A stretch of 64,000 nt of DNA from Histomonas meleagridis 2922-C6/04-290x (Eukaryota > Protista > Parabasalia): contig JAANOX010000242.1 in the NCBI GenBank assembly GCA_020184695.1, positions 200,824 to 264,823 of the forward strand, in the 5' to 3' direction. Shown one piece after another: positions 53,643 through 64,000 of the stretch. The first letter of the stretch is position 1. Every line of letters starts with the position of its first letter. A program made the translations under genes and the position numbers. The notes below the pieces were generated by a model. The model made no database searches. It saw nothing but the letters and a program-made list of their open reading frames with translations, and was not told the DNA's origin.

Positions 53643-55384
53643 ATGATCGCGAGTTGGCCTGGGCGTTATGATGGTATGCATTGTAGAATACCCTATATGA
53701 TCGAAATTAACAACTATAAATATCAGTTTGAGCGCAACGGATATAAAAAACATTGAAGGGCTTTTTATAGATGCATTCATGGCAATCGAAGCATGCCAGG
53801 TTATTGCAAATGCCGTATTTCATGTGATTTTTTCGCAGATTTATCGTCTTATTGATATATTATTCATGGAATTCATAGTTGCGATCAAAATACACAAAAT
53901 GATTCACCATTTTGGAGCAAAGAAGACATCGAAAAAAAAATCATAGAATTGTTCAATGACAACAAATATCATCGGATGCCATTTTTAATTTTCAATGAAT
54001 CGTTAAATTGGATCGAGAAGAAAACGCTTATAGGCAAAATCAAAAATTTCATATTTCTGCGGAAAGTACAGAACTTCGAAGTTGGAGAATTGAACAGACA
54101 ATATCAATCGAACACTGATTTTAAACAAACTTTAAATGGAGATCGGTTATTGTTATTTGAAGTACCTATAGATGCTGATAAAGTTATTTATGGGTTTTCA
54201 TCGGATTTCATGTTAAAAAGAGTTCAAGAATCTTCAATGATCGGTATTGATGGAACTTTCAAAATTTCACCAATAAATTCATACCAATTAGTTACTTTTA
54301 TTGGAAGAACACCGATTATGAATATTCCTTTGTTATATTTATGTCTATCAAACTATGAGGAAGAAACATATAATCTTGCATTTAGTCTATATTATGCATA
54401 CTTGCAAAGCTGTGGTTATTCTTTCAAGCAAGATGTTAAGTTTGTTTGTGACTTTGAATTAGCTATGATAAATTCGATCAAAAGAATATTTTTGCACAAT
54501 AATTCATGCTTGCAAGTATGCTATTTTCATTATGTTCAAACTTTAAAAAAACATAAATCCGATTTTAAGAGATATCAAAATATATTTCTTATTGATCTGT
54601 TGAAAATTCTCAAGCTCCTTCCATATATCGAAATTAATTCAGCAAAAAAATTTATTGATTTTATGATTAAACTTAAATGTGGGGAAAAGCCAATTGATGA
54701 ATTTATTGACTATTTTCAGAAAACATATTTAACAATATATCCTATTGATTTTTGGAATACGACTGGGAAACCAATGCCTGAAAGATCTACCAATAATGGA
54801 AACGAAAGCTTCAATAGGACGATGAATAGATACATTAATACATATAAACCTTCTCTTTATTAATTTTTCGTTCATATTCAAACATTAGAGGATGTGCAGA
54901 AAAACAAATATCTTAATCGAGAAAGAGACAATTCAGTTATTCCGAAAAAATTTTATGAAAAACCATTTCACAATGAAAGTCTAGAGTTTATTGAACAAAT
55001 TAAATATATTATGAGAAACAAATATTTTTATTTCAATAAAGCGATGGAACTTGAAAACACAAATGATTTTGGTGTTACCCCAAATTTAGAAGAAATGCTG
55101 AGTTCGTTAGTATTTCGAGATATTAAAATAACACATATTAAAATAACACCAATTCTAAAGATAAAATGGGTCGTTTTACACCTATAAATACTAGAGCCAG
55201 AAAAGTGAAAAGAAATTATGGAATACCATGGACAATAGTCAAAAAATATGTGAAATCAAGTAAAAAAGATAAAAATAAAATAATTACGAAATCGTTCGAT
55301 AGAGGTGGTTGGGAAAATATGTCGCAATTGGAAAAAAAAATGGAACATGAAGTTCAACTAATTAAAAGATTAGAAAAAGTATAA
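53643..55384 (+). pseudogene. MULE transposase with N-terminal zinc-finger-like region, inactivated by in-frame stops
   Basis: DGTFK, VCDFELAMINSI..F, CYFHYVQ and TNNGNESFN motifs. The frame from ATG 53643 continues through two TGA and one TAA (54861) to 55187. Confidence 0.85.
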
Positions 55385-56178
55385 TATATTTAATTATAGT
55401 TCAAGGTAAATTAAAGTCAATTATTATTAATGAATATTTATAATTTACTTTCATTTCATTGCATTATCATGCGTAACACAAATTCATGATTTGCTTTATT
55501 GTTGCACATTTATTCAATTAATTTGTTTTTTCAAATTAAACAATGATTTATTTGATATATAAGTGCTTATAATATTTAGCACATACTCAAAAAACTATTG
55601 CTTTTATTCATTCATATAATGTAATTCATTGATTATTGATGTTTTACAAATGATTTTAATGCATTTATAATATTTATTATTTGTTCTCATTATCTATTAT
55701 TGGCTTTTATAAATTGAACTTGCACCTTAATATTAACTTTTTTGTAGGAAAGCAAATATTGTTATTATATTCATTTGCTTATAAATGTCCATCAAATAAT
55801 AAATTATTGTTTCTCGAAGTATAGTAAGATTAAAAAATGATTCATAGCTTTTTAGATGATCAATATTTTTTCGTTTACAACAAGTTGTTGTCTATTGATT
55901 CACATAATAGATTCTTATATAAGAATCGATTATTGATAAAATAATTAAAAGTTTATCATATTATATATAATATTTTATAGATTTTATCATAATTTATTGC
56001 ATTTCGAATGTTAAGCATTTTGCTTTAACAAAATTGTCTGATTATTTCATTTATATATTTGATAAAAATTGATATATTAATTGATTGTTTTTTAAATGCT
56101 TGTTTTTAATTTTTATGACAATAAATATGTGCTTATTGCTTAACATTTTACTTGAAAACTTTCATTGCCTAATTGAAA

Positions 56179-56560
56179 TTATAAATCATTGTATATTAAT
56201 ATTTAATGAAAGAAATGATTATAAATCATTGTATATTAATGTTTAATTAATGATAATCATTATAAATCATTGTATATTAATGTTTAATTAATGATAATCA
56301 TTATAAATCATTGTATATGAATGTTTAATGAAATAAATGATTATAAATCATTGTATATGAATGTTTAATGATATAAATAATTATAAATCATTGTTTATTA
56401 ATATTAAATGAAGTAAATAATTATAAATCATTGTATATTAATGTTTAATTAATGATAATCATTATAAATCATTGTATATGAATGTTTAATGAAATGAATG
56501 ATTATAAATCATTGTATATTAATGTTTAATTAATGATAATCATTATAAATCATTATTTAT
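56179..56560 (+). repeat. ~40-41-bp subterminal tandem array of the MULE (about 9 copies; about 3 inverted copies at 53005-53100)
   Basis: Unit TTATAAATCATTGTATATTAATGTTTAATTAATGATAATCA and variants. Confidence 0.88.
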
Positions 56561-57864
56561 CAATGATTGTAAATAATGTTATTCATAAATTATTGTAATT
56601 TAATGCTTATTAAAAGAATATATTTTTGTAGCTCATTGTTTGTCAATGCTTAATGTATATAATTATTCTTATTTATTGATTATTCATTTAAATTATTTTG
56701 TTTTACAATGTCATTTTTTATTTGTTCAGAATTTATTGTGGCAAAAATGTAAAGTATTGAAATTAAAATTGAATGAAATTATTTCTTCACAATTCCCACT
56801 TTTTGAACATGTATTCAATAATGCATAATGGACATCAAAAACATTTGCTAATAACACAATATACATTTTTGTTTTTTGGCATACAGTAATATGTTTTAAC
56901 ATATGGAGAATTCGATTATACTATTTATTTTTATAATATTTTTATGATTATTTTCAAAATCGTTTTTTTCCACGAATACTCATTATTATTTAATTCTATA
57001 CTATTCATGAATAATCATATTGATATAGTTCTTACTATTGTTGAAATTATTCTATTTTGTTAAGCTTTATTTTTTCGAAATTTTTTTTATCCAAAATTTT
57101 GGAAAAATGAGACGGTTATTTTACATCGAATTCAAAAAGTCGAAAATTGTGGGAATAAGCGTACAAAAGTGGGTATGTTTTGGGTATGCTACCCAGACTC
57201 TCCAAAAATGTATATACGCTACGCATAAATCTTAATAGTAGTAGTAAAACCTCTAAAATTTCTAATACTTTTGAATGTGTAGCGTTGTAGCGTCTGTAGC
57301 TTCTAAATATAATCAATATAATAAAAGTTATAATAATAAAGTATAATGGATTTCAAAAATAGCCGCTACAGATACTACAAAAGCTACACAAATAATAATA
57401 ATGATAAAATTTATATAACAAATTAACAAAAATAATTTGCTACATAACGTAGCTGCTATTCAAAAACATGGAAACAAAATTAGTCAGCTACACTAATGAA
57501 AATGATATATAGGGTTAAATCAGATGTCACCGAGGGACAGACAGTCCCCGGGTGTACAATTTTTTAACAGTCATTGTGAAAATTTATGTATTTCAGCAGT
57601 GGATTTTTTTTCGAAGTTGGATAAAACCGAATAATTTGAGTCTATCGGTAATACAAAAAGTTAAAAAGACGATTAAATTGCTTTTAAAAAAAAAACACTG
57701 ATACCCTACCCATGAGGTTGAACAAAAGACACTTCCAATGTTTTATTTATTAAAGAATTCGTCTAAAAATGTTTATTAGCATCACCCAATGGTCACTGCA
57801 TCTAATTGTGAATGTGTGCGTTGGAACAATAAAATCTACATATATATATATATATATATATATA

Positions 57865-59174
57865 TGAGGGTTCCATAAAGTTCTGACCCCACCCACTTTT
57901 CTCGACATCTACTTGATCCATAAAAATGAACTTCATATAAATAAAAACTACAATGAATGAGCTCGATGTGTGTTTTGTTGTTATTTAAAAATTTTGTACA
58001 CTTGTTGAATTATAAGTGATTGAATTTTTTTATCCCGACTCAAAAACGTCACTTTTTTCACCACAAAATTTGATGGAAAAGTCGGAGCTCAAAATTGTTG
58101 TTAAATATTATTTTCTACAAGGAATGGGATATCGGTCAATATACGAAGAAATAAATACTGCTTATCCTGAAACTGATATATCACTTTCAAGCGTTAAACG
58201 ATGGTGTAAAAAATTATCTTCAGGTGATCTAAGTTGCAATGATTTACCAGAGAGCGGAAGGCCTAAAATTAATGTAGCGGATCAAATTCGAGAAATGCTT
58301 GAAGAACAACCATTTTTATCAGCGAAATATATTGCATCAGAACTAAATCATTCTCCTACTGCTCTTAAATCAGTTTTAATTAACGACCTTGGTTTAAAAA
58401 GTATCGAAGAAGGTGGATCCCCCATATGCTATCGGAAGACGATAAGGAAAAAAGGGTTGAGTATTACAAAGAAATATTAAAAGAATTAATTAAAGCTAGA
58501 AAAAACTCTTCTGATACAATTATGACTGGTGACGAGTCGTGGTTTTTTTATGTATATGAACATAAAAAAATGTATGCAGAATCACGTGATATGGTGCCAC
58601 CGATAGTCTTTAAGAAAATTCAATCCAAAAAAACAATGTTCACAATTTTCTTCAATGGGACGAAAATGCTTTGCATTGATGCATTACCTTCTAATTACAG
58701 ATTTAATCAGCAATATTTTATTGATTATATAATACCACAATTTCACGAAAATGTTAATCATGACAAGAAACAACAACCTATAAAAAATATAAAGATTCAT
58801 ATGGATAACTCCCCTTTACATAATAGATCACTTGTTACTCAAAAATTAGAAGAAGAAAAAATTAATAGAATTCCTCACCCACCTTATTCGCCAGATCTAA
58901 GTCCATGTAATTTTTGGTTTTTTGAAATGGCGAAGGAAAACCTATAGGGTGTGGAGATAAATTCAAAAGAAGATGTAGAAAATGAAATTATACGCATATT
59001 CGACGGTGTCACTTCTGAAAAGCTTCAAATGGTGTTTAAGGCATGGATAAAAAGACTTGAATGGGTGATTAAGAATCATGGAGAGTACTACCATAGATAG
59101 AAGTTAATTAAAAAAATATATATTTTTTATTCATCAAAAAAAGGAGGTGGGGTCAGAACATTTTGGACCCCCTA
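57865..59174 (+). mobile_element. Mariner (Tc1/mariner, DD34D class) element, ~1.3 kb, inserted in a (TA)n tract
   Basis: Imperfect TIRs TGAGGGTTCCATAAAGTTCTGACCCCACC / reverse complement TAGGGGGTCCAAAATGTTCTGACCCCACC, with TA runs on both sides. Confidence 0.92.
58016..59100 (+). pseudogene. Mariner transposase, defective
   Basis: HTH region, WIPH (restored by adding 1 A at ~58398), TGDESW, HMDN, HPPYSPDLSPCN (third catalytic D changed to N) and a premature TAG at 58945 followed by the normal C-terminus WIKRLEWVIKNHGEY. Confidence 0.9.
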
Positions 59175-60277
59175 TATATATATATATATATTTATTAGTA
59201 GTTAATTAAGTATAGATTTCATAAATATCTTCTTTTTCAATGATTAAATCTTCGTCGTTATAACTAATACCTGTTTATTTATCGTTAATATCAAATATAT
59301 CATTACTTATCACGGATTAAATACTGTTGTTATATTTAATGATTGAATTCAATCAATAATTATATTTTAATATAGGTCGCATATATTAAGTTACACTCTC
59401 CAAAATTAAATTTGTAAATAATGTTTTAGCAAAAGTGTGTGAAGCGATATCAGTGAATATTGCTCCAGCAGAACTTAATAATAAATTTTATTTTTGAAGA
59501 TTTTATTAAAAAGCAGAGGTGGAAACATACGGCTAAAAGTGACAAAGTGAAGATTTGCACATCGTGAAATATTAACTTTGGTGACAACATATACGTCTAA
59601 AAATCAAGAAATAATGAATGTTTATGATTCTACTTAATTGAAAATCATTAGTTGCTCGAAATATAATCGTTAAAAATATAGTTGTGCAAAATATAATTGT
59701 TGAAAATATCAGTTGTCAAATTACGTAATTTCGCTAATGTGATAGTGTGTATTACAGTGTGATAGCGAATCAACTTTTGTGACATTTGTGTGTATTAAAA
59801 CAAAATTTTACTGATTTTGAATGTAACATTATCATATATATCATTAATTTTAATTAAAATAATGCTTGCAAGCTAGCACTCGTTAGATTGCTGCGATCCG
59901 CAGATCCTCAAATTATTCAATAATGGATTTTCGGTGTTTCTCCCCTTTTACGAGATAATCCACGATTACTTTTTAATCCATCTGAACCGTTGAACTCGAA
60001 GTTGTTGTTGCTAACATATATCAAAATGTTCAAAACAGACAATATAATCGTTTGAATACCCTGGATATTCCTCCAATTGATGGTATAGGTGACCGTTAAG
60101 GAGACGTCATTTCAAATGGAAAGGAAGAAAACTTCAAAAGATAAATATAAACTGGTTTTCATGATTTTGTGTAAAGTTGGGTCCATATGATTAATGATAA
60201 GAAACTATTATGATATTTATATGATGAATTTATTTATCAATTGATAAATTTTTTAGATATTTTAAAGGTTTAGGTGT

Positions 60278-61435
60278 TTACTGATCTGGAAAGCATAATG
60301 ACCAAGAATCCTGGATAACATGGCTCTGGAGATGTTCTCAAGCCCAGATCAAATGTTGTGCTGCAATTGATCTTGTAAGTTTTACATTTCGATCCTCGTT
60401 GTAACGTTTTCGAAATAGATACTTTGCCGTGGCCTTTAAGCAGCCATAGACCCTTTTATCCAATGGATGGAACATATCAGTCATCCCAGGAGGGATATAA
60501 TATAATTTGAGCGCATTTGCTGAATTTCGAACTGTTTCACAAATATGAGCTTCGTATAAATTCAAAATCAAATGAATTTCATCATCATCGTTGAAATGCT
60601 GACGAAGGAAGATGAGATATCCAGAGAATGTTGTCCAACCGTTTTCCGAATGAGCTGACATGTGATGTGAAACATCCCCAATTTGGGATGCTTCACAAGC
60701 CTGCGTTTTGCCATTGGCTATAAAATAAGAAGGAATTTTGGTACCATCGGCTTTAATGCTCGCTATGACAGTCAAGGATTCCTTTTCATTTGACATAACA
60801 TTGATATTGATCGAATCTGATCCAGTCTCTGCCCATGTAAGAATCCCATTTGGGAATGCTCTCCAACTTGTTTCGTCACAGTTAATGATCCTTCCGTGGT
60901 CAACAGTTAACAGAAGTTACCTGATTCTTTCGACAAAAGTATTTATACTATCTTGTGAGACTATTGGCCTTCGCTTCGCATTAAGGGACCTTGATGAGAT
61001 GTGATTTCGTTTCTTAAAGTCGATGAGACAATTTGACGATGCCATGAATTGTTTTTTTTCATCGATGTTAATTTCGTCTTGATACTTGGTCAAATAAGCA
61101 TTCATTACTATTTCGATATAATCATCGTTGGTAAAGACATACCATGGTTTCAGGAAACAATCAATGATATAATCCTTGATTGCTTTCTCTTCTGTATTGG
61201 TAAAGATTCTGTGCCCTTGTCCATGGCATGTTTGCCATGCCCTACATTCAGGGTTTTTAATCAAACACCTCTTCCAGTTCCTTGATGTTGAGTCTGGAAT
61301 TCCGGTTGAAGCTGAGATTTTGTTAATTGAGGGCACTTTCCTTGAAATCTGATCCAAAATCATCGATATCTTTTGTCTTTTTGTATAATTTAAATAGTTA
61401 TTGTGGAGTTTTCCTCTGAACAATGGATTTGACAT
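60278..61435 (-). pseudogene. Pogo/Tigger-like (DDE_1) transposase remnant
   Basis: N-terminal HTH (SINKISASTGIPDST..NW), INCDETSW, SENGWTT, IPPGMTD..PLDKRVYGCLK; frameshifts and a TGA. No TIRs located. Confidence 0.75.
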
Positions 61436-62499
61436 CTGATTTATAATACCGTTAACTATTTTTTTTGAATAGTTTAAACGTTTTTCGATACCACCAATTG
61501 GAAGAATACCAGGGTATATCAGGACTTCAATTGACTTATGATAATCATATATGATCAAGGCTACGACATTATTAGAAGTTATTTTGCTACAAAGTCAAAT
61601 ATTCATCTCCAAGAATTTGACACAGATTTCGGAAATATTTTGGTTCATTATGTAATATGGAAGACATCATCCCTGGCCAAGGGAAGATTATTGAGCTCAC
61701 TTCCGCCATTCATTTTATATACACTAACACCAATTTTAGAATTTAATCAAATAAAATATTTTGATTATTTTTTATATATGATTTTATCATGAATAATGCT
61801 TAAAAACTTGAATAATTAACATTTTTTGTCTTTACGATAAATTACCGTTTTTAAGATAGTTTTAAAACATAAAATTTATTTTAATATGAACGTTAACTAA
61901 GGACAAAAGATTTTGAGTGTACTTTTTAAATTTTCACAAATTTGTTAAACATAAAATCTTTGCTATTACATAAAGTTAGAGTAGTCTATCATATCACTGA
62001 AATTATGATATAGTTGTTGAAATGCGAAGTAATATGGGGAGAATATACCTGTGTTTTCAATTATTATTCTACTGTAGATTTTGCTTTGAAGAATCATAAT
62101 CATGATAAAAAACGATGTATTAAAACGGCAAATGAAATATCAAATAATATTGAAAAAGTGATTCACGACGAAGACTTATTAATTCAAGCGTTAGTGTTAT
62201 CATTATGTTTTGATATAGAGAATAATTCTTTGATTGTAAAAAAACATGTGTTTGCGTATAAATGAGAGTTAGTAAAACGAATTCAATTGTTCACGCAGAA
62301 TCTACTTTAGAATAATAGACGTCAACAAGATTTTTTATTAAATTCATTTTGTTATTAAAATTATCAAAAACACTTTTTGCTAATTGAAAATAAGTGAAAT
62401 TTCCAACATAAAAATTTACTGTATCGACGAATCCTGAAATTTCGTCTGCTTTATACGTGTATTTTATTAATACATAAAACGCGAATTCATCAATATACT

Positions 62500-63580
62500 T
62501 ATTAACGTTATTTACAAATTTATGTTTTATAACTTTTGGCTTATGTATTGAAAAACCAAAAAATGAATCATCATGAATTTAAGTGTGATTGAGCGAATAT
62601 TCGATAAAAGTGTGTGTTAAATATTTACTGTTGCAATAGAACCTTAATTCATTATATACTAATAAATCTTGTTCAATATTAGTTTAATAGCCATATTTAT
62701 CATATGATATTAATGTTAAAGCCGGTTAAATCATAGTTAGTTAAATATAGATTATGAGTATGATTTGTCAAAGTAGAGTTATTGATATCTATACCATTAA
62801 TAGTTGTACAATTATATTACCATTAATTATTATATTATGACTAATTGACGTGTAAATTTCATGAATATCTTCTTCCTCATTAGTTTCAATATAATCTTTA
62901 TTATAACTAATTCCTGTTAATATATCGTTAATATTAAAATATTATCTCTGATCATGGGAGGACGGATGATTAATCTGAATCAATAATAACTTTATGTATT
63001 TGTACGTATATTAAATGCTATTTAGAAACGATATAAAGTTTAGAAGCAACTCGATATTTAACTAAATGAAACAACAGTCATTCAATTCTTTCCTTCGTTT
63101 ATTTTTCACTATTTGATAGTGAATCGAAGATATGTAATAACCGTAAATATTGTTAAATAACATACGAAATATTTTCCGAAACTAAATAAGGGAAGAATTG
63201 TGCTTAATTTTGAGCTACAATTTGTGCTCTTTCTATACCAAACCCCTTCAAATGGATCCAATAATGTATTTATGCGTTATCTTCATCTGACCCCTCGAAT
63301 TCTATAATCGGGGGTGACATGATGTCTTGTCCATTACCTAATGTATTTATAATGTCTTGAAATACATTAGGTAATAATGGTTTTTGTTACCAAACTTCAT
63401 CTTCACGTAGATAATTAATAAAATAATACATACCAATTCTAATCCCACCTATATGATTATGTATATGTTGTAATATTATATTATAAAATTCACGCCTATC
63501 TATATTACCAAACCCCTGGGATAATATTGTGAAATTATTAGGATAATTATTAAAAAATTGACCTAAATTAATAAAATCAT
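62500..63580 (-). pseudogene. Heavily decayed coding remnant, possibly from a large mobile element
   Basis: Protein-like stretches (HIGGIRIGMYYFINYLREDEVW; LFHLVKYRVASKLYIVSK; NINDILTGISYNKDYIETNEEEDIHEIY) interrupted by many stops. Confidence 0.35.
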
Positions 63581-64000
63581 CATGAAAATCCTGACGTCTA
63601 ATTGTATAATGCGGTCGGGATTGATCCCGACCTTTTATCTAACATTAGGGTCATTCCGAACTCTTCAGCATCCTGGGTCCCCTTCTACTCCCGAGGATGC
63701 ATCTAAGCTCTCCATCCCTTTAAGTTGGCCCATATACAAGGGCGCTTCACTCGCTACAATAATCAAAATAATTTTTGTGAGCCATACAATTTGTTTGAAA
63801 TTTTGTATACACATTCAATATTGAGAGTACGGGAAACTTTTTGGAAAAAACGATAGCGTAAGAATGAGATCTTATTTTTGACGTCAAATTTTACAAAAAT
63901 GGAAGTGCTAGAGTAACAGCGAAAAATCAAAGGGATTCGACAGTAAGCCAAATCGTAATCAAAAATAATATTGACAAAAGTATTTATTTATCGATAATAT

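Larger units (their letters stand above)
52791..57202 (+). mobile_element. Mutator-like (MULE) DNA transposon, 4.4 kb, 9-bp TSD CAAAAATGT
   Basis: Termini GAAAGTCTGGGTAGCATACCCAAAA / TTTTGGGTATGCTACCCAGACTCTC. TSD at 52782-52790 and 57203-57211. Long subterminal inverted repeat 52823-53100 vs ~56460-56748; MULE transposase inside. Confidence 0.92.

Overview
AT-rich eukaryotic DNA with a parabasalid (Tritrichomonas/Trichomonas-like) signature: BspA-like LRR surface proteins, DUF3447/ankyrin genes, a TKL kinase, nearly intron-free genes, tiny intergenic spaces and M3/M5-type core promoter motifs. Bases ~2-38 kb are a gene-dense housekeeping block: PI synthase, PKR1, eL29, an alpha/beta hydrolase, CapZ-alpha, NAC-alpha, a Gos1-like SNARE, a bromodomain protein, an FG-nucleoporin, a LIM protein, a TKL kinase, RPN7, tRNA-Arg(TCG) and calnexin. 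Bases ~38.5-52.4 kb are a rearranged BspA cluster: a ~2 kb inverted duplication with swapped C-terminal anchors, enclosing mini-BspAs and a fragmented Hydin copy. Bases ~52.8-64 kb are a transposon graveyard: a MULE with a 9-bp TSD, a mariner and a pogo-like remnant. The most unusual signal is in two DUF3447-ankyrin loci. Every ankyrin repeat is interrupted at the same loop position by a conserved AT-rich 43-86 nt spacer. Many spacers break the frame or carry stops, the repeat cores stay stop-free, and most spacers lack GT-AG or parabasalid branch-point signals. This suggests an unrecognised RNA- or DNA-level excision or recoding process, with array decay as the alternative. All homology calls are by-eye motif recognition; no searches were run.
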